Assembly: GCA_016177615.1 (NCBI GenBank)
Contig: JACOUX010000019.1
Location: 1-59,965 of the forward strand
Reading direction: 5' to 3'
From: Candidatus Woesearchaeota archaeon
GTDB lineage: Archaea; Nanobdellota; Nanobdellia; Woesearchaeales; GW2011-AR4
DNA length: 59,965 nucleotides
This document shows, in pieces, positions 37,701-46,234 of this stretch. Within the stretch, counting starts at the first letter, position 1; every line of letters starts with the position of its first letter. Both the position numbers and the translations under genes were made by a program. The notes below the pieces were generated by a model. That model was not told where the DNA came from, ran no database searches, and worked only from the letters and a program-made list of their open reading frames with translations.

Positions 37701-37860
37701 TTTTTAGCCTGCTGAAATCTATGCTCAGCTCGTCGCTGCTTTCCGCTTCCTTTCCAATTGAAGCATTTGATTCTGCCTTGCTTTCTTCTTTGCTGCCCCT
37801 GAAGAAGTTTTTTATCTTGCCAAAGTCTATGCTTATATCATCATCTTCCTTTGAATCCAT
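34756..37860 (-). CDS. aglB: Archaeal oligosaccharyltransferase AglB (STT3 family)
   Basis: 1034 aa with about 13 TM helices followed by ITSWWDFGHHF (the WWDYG catalytic motif) and a large C-terminal periplasmic-type domain. It also has an unusual repeat-containing N-terminal extension. Confidence 0.9.
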   Translation of the reverse strand: MDSKEDDDISIDFGKIKNFFRGSKEESKAESNASIGKEAESSDELSIDFSRLKNFFKPSGKEHGDEHDIPINWSAISDFLRKYGVVLLALIPIILSIYVRMQAGSLGFADDWASNSVINGIRSQIRSAIDQQYPNLPDANKDALVSTELQKVTSQNKQQIDSQITATSAYFKSFYQDEGGKNYMPDIDPYYWFRYAKNIVENGHPGDILKDGRSYDTHQLAPIGRFVFPDMFHAYSLAYFYKFVHLFSPGITLMRSIFYLPVLVSALCIMLVFLIARRIAGNLSGFFAGLIMAVNGAFLGRTLFGHADNDIWVVFFPLIVTWLFLLAFDVRSILKAAALSLAAGFFTGVFSFTWSGWWYIFDFIIATIAITFLYMVLISFNEIRRDYLHVLSVPALKNILIIGIVYFASSLLFVSMFLGWNSFKESFIGPFSFPSIKAPITTSVWPNVLTTVAELNEGSIGGIINSVGGSFLFYISLLGIVLSVSRKEGIRRFELAYLIVSILFYTSYFILIKIGIEISLYGLLAWIMLPIIVWILIAIYKKDSSYDFRLPILLSLWVASTIFASIKGIRFTLLLAPAFSVAFGVALGRAYGYLSRTLNRELKIHKIIGGGILIILLLLMYISPTKAALNAAKYDVPLINDVWYNALAAIKQDSKEDAIITSWWDFGHHFKALADRRVTFDGTTQTFAPAHWVGKILMLDDEAKAMGILRMLDCGSGEGFNELYKLIKDNHLSIGIINEIVSLDRSGAEDLLKGYGLSPSQAESVLKYTHCNPPEAYFIASEDMIGKSGVWAHFGSWDFKRADIWYNRNLPEQKQIEKIMNEYNYSKDTAENIYSEVQDILNEPDPNERNRRANSWIAPWPAYGGVVSCSRNDAKLFQCSNGFQINMSNYDVFGVGPEGIVRPRIVAFATEDGVLKKQFEGNTADLGLTILPNSKSEVSAVLTNKELAGSMFTRMFYMNGHGLRFFKPFNHQRGLTGTDIYTYKVDWDGRNTTIVDEYAGFFVKSEEKMESANIASSEPANLPEANKTSLANNS

Positions 37861-37909
37861 AAGATAAAACCACCTATCTTAAGGGAAAGAGCATATTATA
37901 AAAAGGTTT

Positions 37910-38614
37910 TCACTTGTTCTTCATCCTGGCACGGGATTTCTCGACCAGCTTGTTTGCATGCTTCTTTATCATCTTGTGAGTTTCCTTTACCGCTTTTTGT
38001 ATATATGGGCTCCACATTCCAATCGCTGTTTTTGGGGCCTCAACCCTGCCGAACCATTTCTCAAAAAACATGACATGCTCAACCCTCAGTTTCGGCGGCG
38101 GAATCGGGACTTCGTCTGCATATCCTAAAGTTATCACAGCCTGAACATTCAAGTGCTCTGGAATATTGCAGATGTTTATTATTTCCCCTTCATCAAATGC
38201 GCCGACCCAGCATGCCCCTAATCCAAGGGCATGTGCGGTTAAGAGCATATTCTGAATCGCAGCACCTGCGGACTGAAGGGTGTAGACTCTTGCACCCCTT
38301 GTCCCATAATATCTTTCCGCTTTTTCCGGCTCCCCTACAACCACTATCTGTATAGGTGCATCCTGCACCCAATACTGCTGTGCGCATGCCTCTGCAATGG
38401 CCTTTCTTCTGTTTTCATCCTTTATAACAAGAAACTTTACATTAAAGACATTTCCAGCAAACGGCGCATATTTCCCTGCCTGAAGAACCTCAACAACATT
38501 GTCCCATGGAATCGGCTTGTCTTTGTATTTTCTTACAGAGCGCCTGGTTCTTATGCAGTCAAATAAATCAGAATTATGGCTGTGGGAATGGATTTCGTGC
38601 TCTTTTTCTTCCAT
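37910..38614 (-). CDS. Nitroreductase-family flavoprotein
   Basis: IRTRRSVRKYKDKPI N-terminal signature and LGLGACWVGAF. Confidence 0.8.
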   Translation of the reverse strand: MEEKEHEIHSHSHNSDLFDCIRTRRSVRKYKDKPIPWDNVVEVLQAGKYAPFAGNVFNVKFLVIKDENRRKAIAEACAQQYWVQDAPIQIVVVGEPEKAERYYGTRGARVYTLQSAGAAIQNMLLTAHALGLGACWVGAFDEGEIINICNIPEHLNVQAVITLGYADEVPIPPPKLRVEHVMFFEKWFGRVEAPKTAIGMWSPYIQKAVKETHKMIKKHANKLVEKSRARMKNK

Positions 38615-38761
38615 GTAATAACTTCTGAATTATCATATTTAAATAATTAACTGAAATCACATAGAGATAATCATTGTATTTGTTTTAAGGTAAACCATAA
38701 TCTCTGCCTCCTGCAGAACAAGACTGTTGGGTTAAATATATAAATATTTGGTTATCTTGTA

Positions 38762-40528
38762 ATGGCTATGGAATATTCAAAACTCGTTGAATTATATGAG
38801 GAGCTGAGCAGGACAAAAAAAAGGCTTGAAAAGACCCATATAATCTCAGAGTTCTTGAAGGAAGTCAGTATAGACGACATGGAGCATGTAATGCTTCTTC
38901 TGGAAGGAAGGGTTTTCCCAAGCTATGATGCAAGGGAAATAGGTGTAGCCTCAAGATTAATGCTAAAGTCTTTAAGCGCGGCAACAGGCATAAGCCAGAA
39001 TAAGATTGAAAATGAATGGAAAAAGCAGGGAGATTTAGGTTTAGTTGCCGAAGTATTAGTTAAAACCAAGAAGCAGGCCACTTTGCACTCTGCTAAGTTG
39101 ACGTTAAAAAAGGTTTTTGATAATATAAGAAAGCTCGCAGAGCTGGAAGGCCAGGGCACAGTCGAAAGAAAAACCCAGCTGATTGCAGAGTTGCTGACTT
39201 CGGCAAAGCCGCTTGAGTCAAAGTATATAGTCAAGACGATTCTGGAAGAGATGCGCATCGGGGTCGGGGAAGGTGCAATGAGGGATGCAATAACATGGGC
39301 GTTTTTTGGAAAAGAAACGGGAGTCAGTTACACCAAGGATGGAAATGAGATCATAGTTGAAGACCGCGATGTTTACAACAAGTATCTTGACGCTGTCCAA
39401 AGCGCTTATGATGTCACAAATGAATTTGCACAGGTCGCAAAAGCAGCCAAGTCAAAGGGCTTGAAAGGGCTTGAGAGTATTGGAATGCAGGTGGGAATTC
39501 CAGTACAGGCGATGCTTGCATTAAAGGTTGATACAATTGAAGAAGGCTTTGAGACTGTTGGCAGGCCATGTGCTATAGAATATAAATTAGATGGATTCAG
39601 GATTCAGGCACATAAAGATGATAGAGGAAACATCAAATTATTTACTAGAAGACTTGAAGATGTAACAAAGCAATTTCCTGATGTTGTTCAGTTTGTCAAA
39701 AAAAATATGAAGGGGAAAAGCTTCATTTTGGACTCAGAAGCAGTCGGCTACAGCAAGAAAACAGGAAAATACCTGCCATTCCAAAATATTTCCCAAAGAA
39801 TAAAGAGAAAGTACGACATAGGGAAAATATCAGAAGATTTTCCTGTCGAGGTCAATGTTTTTGATATAATCTATTATGAAGGAAAGAGCCTGATTAATGA
39901 AGAGTTCAGAAAAAGAAGAGGGTTGCTGGAAAAGATTGTAAAACAAGAGCCGAAGAAAATTGTTTTGGCAAAAAGCAAAATTACTTCAGATAAAAAAGAA
40001 GTTGAGAAATTCTTCAAGGATGCAGTTAATTCAGGCAACGAAGGCCTGATGCTCAAGAAACTTGATGCACCTTACAAGCCTGGAGCAAGGGTCGGGTATA
40101 TGACCAAGTTCAAGGCGATGATGGAGACTCTTGACTTGGTAATTGTAGGGGCCGAGTGGGGCGAGGGAAAAAGATCAAAATGGCTGAGCAGCTATGCAAT
40201 TGCATGCATTGATGACGACGGCAATTTTGTTGAGGTTGGAAGGGTAAGCACAGGATTGAAAGAAAAAGAAGATGAAGGCTTAAGCTTCATGGAAATGACC
40301 AGGATGCTCAAGCCGCTTGTTATTCTAGAGAAAGGAAAAGAAGTTAAAGTCAAGCCAAAAATCGTGATTGAGGTCGGATACGAAGAAATACAAAAAAGCC
40401 CCAGTTACAGCAGCGGAATGGCGCTAAGGTTTCCGAGGATAGTCAAATTTAGGGAGGACAAAGGGGCTGAAGAAGCGTCGACATTAGATTATGTGAAAAA
40501 ATTGTATGAAGGGCAGAAGAAGAGTTGA
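38762..40528 (+). CDS. lig: ATP-dependent DNA ligase (archaeal Lig1 type)
   Basis: Motif I EYKLDGFRIQ (KxDG), SEAV, EGLMLK, and a C-terminal OB domain; 588 aa. Confidence 0.95.
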   Translation: MAMEYSKLVELYEELSRTKKRLEKTHIISEFLKEVSIDDMEHVMLLLEGRVFPSYDAREIGVASRLMLKSLSAATGISQNKIENEWKKQGDLGLVAEVLVKTKKQATLHSAKLTLKKVFDNIRKLAELEGQGTVERKTQLIAELLTSAKPLESKYIVKTILEEMRIGVGEGAMRDAITWAFFGKETGVSYTKDGNEIIVEDRDVYNKYLDAVQSAYDVTNEFAQVAKAAKSKGLKGLESIGMQVGIPVQAMLALKVDTIEEGFETVGRPCAIEYKLDGFRIQAHKDDRGNIKLFTRRLEDVTKQFPDVVQFVKKNMKGKSFILDSEAVGYSKKTGKYLPFQNISQRIKRKYDIGKISEDFPVEVNVFDIIYYEGKSLINEEFRKRRGLLEKIVKQEPKKIVLAKSKITSDKKEVEKFFKDAVNSGNEGLMLKKLDAPYKPGARVGYMTKFKAMMETLDLVIVGAEWGEGKRSKWLSSYAIACIDDDGNFVEVGRVSTGLKEKEDEGLSFMEMTRMLKPLVILEKGKEVKVKPKIVIEVGYEEIQKSPSYSSGMALRFPRIVKFREDKGAEEASTLDYVKKLYEGQKKS

Positions 40529-40588
40529 ATAACTGTAAAATCCAATTCCACAAACCTTTATATACCCTCAAAATTTCACATTTATAAA

Positions 40589-41020
40589 ATGATTGTAGGG
40601 TTTGGATTTAATAAGCTGAGCGTTGAAAAAAAGGAGACTCCGAAAGGAAAGGTTGATATAAATAACAATGTAACCATAAAGGCGCTCGAAGAGTCAGACG
40701 TAAAGCTTGGCAATGACAAGCAGAATGTTTTGAGGTTTGTGTTCGAGTTCACATCAAAATACGAGCCCTCTATAGGGACAATCCTATTTGAAGGAGAGCT
40801 TTTATACATGGAAGATGCAAAAAAGGCAAAAGATATGCTGGCTTCATGGAAAAAGGACAAAAAGCTTCCAAAAGAGCTGATGGCGGCATTATTAAATGCA
40901 ATCCTCTCAAAATGCAATGTCAAGGCGCTCATATTGAGCCAGGAAGTCAACTTGCCTCCTCCAATCCCGATGCCAAAAGTGCAGATGGCGCAGGAAGCTG
41001 ATAAGAATTACATTGGATAG
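40589..41020 (+). CDS. Conserved-looking hypothetical protein
   Basis: 143-aa ORF with coding-like composition and a TATA-like box upstream. No family recognised. Confidence 0.5.
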   Translation: MIVGFGFNKLSVEKKETPKGKVDINNNVTIKALEESDVKLGNDKQNVLRFVFEFTSKYEPSIGTILFEGELLYMEDAKKAKDMLASWKKDKKLPKELMAALLNAILSKCNVKALILSQEVNLPPPIPMPKVQMAQEADKNYIG

Positions 41021-41091
41021 CCGTTTCTTATATTCAATATTTAATGAAAACATTTATAAAACTATAAACCTATCTTTCAGCCATAACAAAA

Positions 41092-44000
41092 ATGGTAGAC
41101 AAAGAGCTAAAACTTAAAGTTGCAGAAGCAATCCAGGATGACGTAAACAAGGGGATAGTAAGAATAGACTCCGGCTATTTGGGCGAGGCTGATATAAAGC
41201 CAGGGGACATAGTGGAGATAGAGGGAGAAAGAAAGACAGTTGCCATAGCTGACAGGTCATACCCGGGCGATATAGGGCTTAACATCATAAGGATGGACGG
41301 AATCATAAGGAAAAACGGCAAGACAAGCATTGGGGAGATAGTAAAGATAAGAAAAGCGCAGGTCAAAGAGGCAAAGAAGATTGTCATAGCCCCTGCAAGG
41401 AAAGGCGTTGTGATAAGGGCTTCTCCGGAAATTTTCAAGCAGGGCCTTCTCGGAAGGGCTGTTGTCAAAGGCGACATAGTATCCTTAGGGGGAGCCAGAA
41501 GAAGAAGATCCACTATGATGGGAAACCCTTTCTTTGATGAGGATATTTTCAGCATTCTTGATGAAAGCATGATGGGCGTTGGCTTTGGCGACATAAAGTT
41601 TGTAATTGTTGACACAAATCCAAAGCAGCCAGTTCTTATTTTTGACCAGACAGAGGTTGAATTCCGTTCAGAGGCAGTTGAAGTTGACGAGGAAAGGGTT
41701 CCTGACATCACTTATGAGGATGTAGGCGGCTTGGAAGATGAAATAAAGAAAGTCAGGGAGATGGTAGAGCTGCCGTTGAAGCACCCTGAGATATTCGAAA
41801 GGCTGGGAATTGAAGCGCCAAAGGGAGTTTTATTGCACGGACCTCCAGGAACTGGAAAAACATTGCTTGCTAAAGCTGTTGCCAACGAAACAAATTCTCA
41901 CTTCATTTTGATAAATGGGCCTGAGGTGATGTGTGTGGATGGAAACACAAAGATATTGACAAACCCAAAAGGACTGGTGAAAGCGCGAGATATCTATGAG
42001 AATGGTTTGAAAGACGGCAAGGTTGAGGGGGATAAGATAAAAGTCATTGAGCTGAAAAAGCCGATTTCAACATACTCATACGGCAAAGACGGTAAAATTT
42101 CCAAGGCTAAAATTACGCACGTAACAAAATTGAATGCTCCCTCGTATGAAGTTGAAATTGGTGACGGAAACAAGCTGACCGTTTCAAAAAATCAGCCATT
42201 TTTGACTTATGAAAAAGGAAATCTTGTTTGGAAAAGGCTTGAAGAATTAAAGGAAGGCTGCCTGGTGGCAAAAATAAGCAATATCAAGGTTAAAGAGAGA
42301 AGCTATAAGATTAATTTCTCAATTGAAAATTTGATAAAACGAAAAGGACGTTATACAATCAAGAGCAGAAATTTATCAAGAAGCAATTGGATTAGGCTGC
42401 CTCAAAGGACTTCCCCAGAATTAATGGAGTTTATGGGCCTGGTTATGTCTGATGGAAACATAGATAAGAAAAAAGAAAGCATCACTTTTGCAAACAACGA
42501 CCCTGCCTTGAGAAAAAGATTCAAGGACCTGTCAAATAACCTGTTCGGAATTGCCAAATCAACGGAATATAGGGATGGCCGCGTGGTTGTTTATTCTAAA
42601 TTACTGTCCGAATATACAAATAGATTAGGCATAGATGCAGGAAAAAAAGAAAGCAGGATACCAGCTTATATGTTCTCACTGCCGCAAAAAGAGATTGAAT
42701 CTTTTATAAGGGGCTATTTTGACGGAGACGGCCGTGTTGCAATGACACCGTTCAAAACAAAAAATGGCATAGACTCTAAATACCCCACGCCAAAGATATT
42801 CTGCAAGTCGAAGGAATTTCTCCAGGAACTTCAATCCCTGATGCAATTAAGGCTTGGCATTTCGACTAAGCTTAATCCGCATAATACTCCCAAGGGATTG
42901 GTGCATGAATTAGTGGTCAGGGGCTATGAAGGAAGAAAGAAGTTCTTGTCAATTGGAAGCTCTTCTGTAAAACTGGAAAAAGCTGTAAGAATAAATCTGA
43001 ATCAAAAGGCAAAAGAATTTGAAAATATTCCGATCCCATCTTATTTGGTCAAATCAATAAGGGAAAAAATGCTGTACAGGAATTTCAGGAATAATGATTA
43101 CTACATTTATGGAAAAGGAAAATTTACAAGATATTCATTAAATAAGCTTTTTAATTTAGCAAGCAAGCACGGAATTAATGACAATGATCTAATTAGGGAA
43201 TTTAATTTACTGAGCAGAAAAGATATAGGATGGGAACAAATCAAGAAAATAAATTTTGTTGGCGAAAAAGAACTATACGACTTTACTGTTGATAAAGACA
43301 GTTTTACAACACAAAATTTGCTATTACTCCATAATTCAAAATATTATGGACAGTCGGAAGAAAACCTCCGCAAGAAATTCGAGGAAGCTGAAAAAAACGC
43401 CCCTTCAATTATATTCATTGACGAGGTTGATGCAATCGCCTCAAAAAGGGAAGAGACAAGAGGCGAAGTTGAAAGGCGAGTTGTGGCGCAATTGCTGGCT
43501 TTGATGGACGGCCTGCAGTCAAGGGGGAAAGTTGTTGTTATTGCGGCAAGCAATGTGCCGAATATTCTAGATCCTGCTCTGAGAAGGCCGGGCAGATTTG
43601 ACAGGGAAATTGAAATTGGAGTGCCAAGCAAGGATGGCAGGCTTAATATCCTAAAGATTCACACCAGAAACATGCCAATGTACAACAAGGAAAATCTTGT
43701 GAAAGAAACTGATTTTGAGCCGGAGTACAAAGAGGCCATGCTGAATCTTATAAGGTATAAAGATGGGAATGCAAGAAGCGTTGAAAGAACGATAAGCAAG
43801 TATCTTGTTGAAAATCCGGAAAAAAACGAGCTGTTCAAGAAGATAGATATAGCAAAGCTAAAGAAATACATTGATAAAATAAATTATGACCCAAAGGTTG
43901 TTTCACTGAGGGAATTGGCAGAAATTACGCATGGGTTTGTAGGGGCTGATCTTTCATCATTGGCAAAGGAAGCTGCCATGATTGTGCTTAGAAAAGTTTT

Positions 44001-45111
44001 GCCTGACATCAAGCTGAAGGAAGACGAGCCGTTGCCTAAGGAGCTGCTTGAGAAGCTCGTGATTACTCAGCAGGATTTCAAGGAAGCGCTGAAGGTTGTA
44101 AGGCCCAGCGCATTAAGGGAAGTGCTGGTTGAGATTCCAAACATCAAGTGGACTGATATAGGCGGGTTGCAGGACATAAAGCAGGAGCTGATTGAGGCAG
44201 TGGAATGGCCGTTGAAGCATCCTGAATCTTTTAAGAGGCTTGGAGTCAGGCCGCCAAGGGGAATTTTGCTGTTCGGAGCGCCTGGCAGCGGAAAAACGTT
44301 GCTGGCAAAGGCAGTTGCAAATGAATCAGAGGCGAATTTCATAAGCATCAAAGGGCCCGAGCTCTTGTCAAAATGGTGGGGCGAGTCGGAGAAGGCGGTC
44401 CGTGAGGTCTTCAAGAAAGCAAGGCAGGTAAGCCCTTGCATCGTCTTCTTTGACGAAGTTGACTCATTGGCTCCAAGAAGGGGCATGGGCTCTGATAGCC
44501 ATGTGGGTGACAGGGTTGTTAATCAATTGCTTACAGAAATAGACGGACTGGAAGACCTGCATGATGTAGTTGTAATAGCAGCAACCAACAGGCCTGATAT
44601 TGTTGATACAGCATTGCTTAGGCCGGGCAGATTTGACAGGCTGATTTTGACTTCTATACCAGATGAGGCCTCAAGATTTGAAATTTTTAAGGTACATACC
44701 AAAGGAATGCCGATATTAATTGAGGCGGAGCAAAAGCCGAAGGCAAAGAAGATACTGGCAACAAAAACTATCGGCAAAACTGGCGAAGCATCCGGAGTGG
44801 AATACGAAGATGAAGTTCCTCGCAAAGGCGAATTCAAGACAAAGGAAGATTTTTTGAAGCATCTCGCCAAGCAGACAGAAGGCTATGTCGGAGCTGACAT
44901 TGAGGCAGTCTGCAGGGAAGCAGCAATCCTTGCATTAAGGGAAGACATAAACTCGAGGGAAATAACAAAAAATCATTTTGAAAAGGCGCTTGACAAAGTA
45001 AGGCCAAGCGTAACAAAGGATGTTGAGAAATATTATCAGGAACTGCAGGATCAGCTAAGCGCTGCAAGGGCTAAGCAGATGCTGGATGAGAAGCCGGGGT
45101 ATATGGGATAA
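41092..45111 (+). CDS. cdc48: CDC48/VCP-type AAA+ ATPase (N-D1-D2) interrupted by an intein
   Basis: Two Walker A motifs ([34 protein letters not shown]), two Walker B motifs ([16 protein letters not shown]) and a double-psi N domain. The exteins join as [19 protein letters not shown]. Confidence 0.95.
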   Translation: MVDKELKLKVAEAIQDDVNKGIVRIDSGYLGEADIKPGDIVEIEGERKTVAIADRSYPGDIGLNIIRMDGIIRKNGKTSIGEIVKIRKAQVKEAKKIVIAPARKGVVIRASPEIFKQGLLGRAVVKGDIVSLGGARRRRSTMMGNPFFDEDIFSILDESMMGVGFGDIKFVIVDTNPKQPVLIFDQTEVEFRSEAVEVDEERVPDITYEDVGGLEDEIKKVREMVELPLKHPEIFERLGIEAPKGVLLHGPPGTGKTLLAKAVANETNSHFILINGPEVMCVDGNTKILTNPKGLVKARDIYENGLKDGKVEGDKIKVIELKKPISTYSYGKDGKISKAKITHVTKLNAPSYEVEIGDGNKLTVSKNQPFLTYEKGNLVWKRLEELKEGCLVAKISNIKVKERSYKINFSIENLIKRKGRYTIKSRNLSRSNWIRLPQRTSPELMEFMGLVMSDGNIDKKKESITFANNDPALRKRFKDLSNNLFGIAKSTEYRDGRVVVYSKLLSEYTNRLGIDAGKKESRIPAYMFSLPQKEIESFIRGYFDGDGRVAMTPFKTKNGIDSKYPTPKIFCKSKEFLQELQSLMQLRLGISTKLNPHNTPKGLVHELVVRGYEGRKKFLSIGSSSVKLEKAVRINLNQKAKEFENIPIPSYLVKSIREKMLYRNFRNNDYYIYGKGKFTRYSLNKLFNLASKHGINDNDLIREFNLLSRKDIGWEQIKKINFVGEKELYDFTVDKDSFTTQNLLLLHNSKYYGQSEENLRKKFEEAEKNAPSIIFIDEVDAIASKREETRGEVERRVVAQLLALMDGLQSRGKVVVIAASNVPNILDPALRRPGRFDREIEIGVPSKDGRLNILKIHTRNMPMYNKENLVKETDFEPEYKEAMLNLIRYKDGNARSVERTISKYLVENPEKNELFKKIDIAKLKKYIDKINYDPKVVSLRELAEITHGFVGADLSSLAKEAAMIVLRKVLPDIKLKEDEPLPKELLEKLVITQQDFKEALKVVRPSALREVLVEIPNIKWTDIGGLQDIKQELIEAVEWPLKHPESFKRLGVRPPRGILLFGAPGSGKTLLAKAVANESEANFISIKGPELLSKWWGESEKAVREVFKKARQVSPCIVFFDEVDSLAPRRGMGSDSHVGDRVVNQLLTEIDGLEDLHDVVVIAATNRPDIVDTALLRPGRFDRLILTSIPDEASRFEIFKVHTKGMPILIEAEQKPKAKKILATKTIGKTGEASGVEYEDEVPRKGEFKTKEDFLKHLAKQTEGYVGADIEAVCREAAILALREDINSREITKNHFEKALDKVRPSVTKDVEKYYQELQDQLSAARAKQMLDEKPGYMG
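41932..43335 (+). mobile_element. 468-aa intein with LAGLIDADG homing endonuclease, inserted in CDC48 D1
   Basis: Starts with Cys (CVDGNTKIL) and ends LLLHN followed by Ser+1. LAGLIDADG motifs are LVMSDGNI and [12 protein letters not shown]. Blocks F/G are ELYDFTV...LLLHN. Confidence 0.9.
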
Positions 45112-45119
45112 GATTTTAA

Positions 45120-45458
45120 TTAAATTGCAATTTGGTGTTCTATGAACCATTTTTTTGTTTTATCCTCAAGATTTCCATCCATTCTGGTGTTGACTTTGTA
45201 ACCAAAGTAAGTAAAATATTCCTTCAAAATTTTATTTGGTAAACTTCCATACGTAACCGAAGCACCTGAAACTTCAACATTCTTGTTAAGCAAGGTTATG
45301 GTGCCACCTCCCAAAATTTTAACTCCTTCATGGCAAATATGACATAAATCCGAGTGACTAATTGTCCTGATTGAGGCGTAAACTCTAACTGAATTCTCCA
45401 AAGCGCCTAACACAAAAGGGGCTTTATAGGTATCTAGGTGGCAAATAATCAATTCCAA
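45120..45458 (-). CDS. Hypothetical protein (TTG start in ORF track)
   Basis: 112-aa ORF with no recognised motif. An ATG in another frame lies just upstream (45480), so the start and integrity are uncertain. Confidence 0.3.
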   Translation of the reverse strand: MELIICHLDTYKAPFVLGALENSVRVYASIRTISHSDLCHICHEGVKILGGGTITLLNKNVEVSGASVTYGSLPNKILKEYFTYFGYKVNTRMDGNLEDKTKKWFIEHQIAI

Positions 45459-45588
45459 CTGGATGGTTTTTCGGTTTCATATGTTCTTGATAGTAAGCAT
45501 ATCCAATTTAAAAATTTAAGTTATTTTCAGTTTTATGTTGTTTAGCATGGTAAAGATTTAAATAGTTAAATATAACTAAGCTATTTGT

Positions 45589-45879
45589 ATGGCAAGGGTA
45601 AAAGCAGCAGAATCAAAAATAGTAAAAGACAAATTGATGTCAGGAAGCCCGAGGATAGCCGGCACTAGGGTTAGGGTTAGGGATATCGTTGAAAAGCATA
45701 TTGTACTAGGTTACTCGCCTGAAGAAATAGCTGATGCCTTTGATGTTTCCTTAGCGGCAGTGTATGATGCTCTTTCTTACTATTATGGGCATGCCGCAGA
45801 TGTGCAGGAAGAGTTAAGGAAAGACATGGAATTTGTGGATAAATTCAGGAAAGAGTTTAAACATGAAATTCTTAGCTGA
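45589..45879 (+). CDS. DUF433-family protein (putative antitoxin / HTH)
   Basis: GSPRIAGTRVRVRDIVEKHIVLGYSPEEIADAFDVSLAAVYDALSYY matches the DUF433 pattern (G-x-P-x-I-x-GTR...). Confidence 0.75.
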   Translation: MARVKAAESKIVKDKLMSGSPRIAGTRVRVRDIVEKHIVLGYSPEEIADAFDVSLAAVYDALSYYYGHAADVQEELRKDMEFVDKFRKEFKHEILS

Positions 45880-46126
45880 TGAGAACATAGATTTACCCGC
45901 TGTAAAGGCATTAAAAAGGCTAGGGGTTGATATAGTTTCTATCCATGACGTTGGGATGAGAGGGCATGAAGACGAAGAAATATTAGATTTCGCCAAAGAA
46001 AATGAAAGAGCGATAATCACACAAGATACTGATTTTTTGAGGCTGCATGCCAAAAATTTTGAAAATGCCGGAATTGTGTTCTTGACAAAGCCGCTTGACG
46101 TAAGCGAATTAATAAAGGAAATTTAG
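45863..46126 (+). CDS. DUF5615/Mut7-C-like PIN-fold protein (putative toxin)
   Basis: MKFLADENIDLPAVKALKRLGVDIVSIHD...ITQDTDF. ATG 45863 overlaps the DUF433 gene by 17 nt. Confidence 0.7.
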   Translation: MKFLADENIDLPAVKALKRLGVDIVSIHDVGMRGHEDEEILDFAKENERAIITQDTDFLRLHAKNFENAGIVFLTKPLDVSELIKEI

Positions 46127-46234
46127 AAAATTGTAATGTTATTCGAAAATTTAAATAATGCAGTTATTTACATACCACTGAATTGAATGAACCCATGCTA
46201 AAGATAAACTATTTAAAAACAGCTTAAACTTTAA

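Noticed and set aside
45459-45483. Possible frameshifted or extended start for ORF 45120-45458, from an ATG at 45480 (minus strand) that opens an 18-codon frame ending just inside the ORF
   Set aside because: No homolog is recognisable in either frame, so a frameshift or pseudogene call cannot be supported from the sequence alone. I left it as a low-confidence hypothetical with a TTG start.
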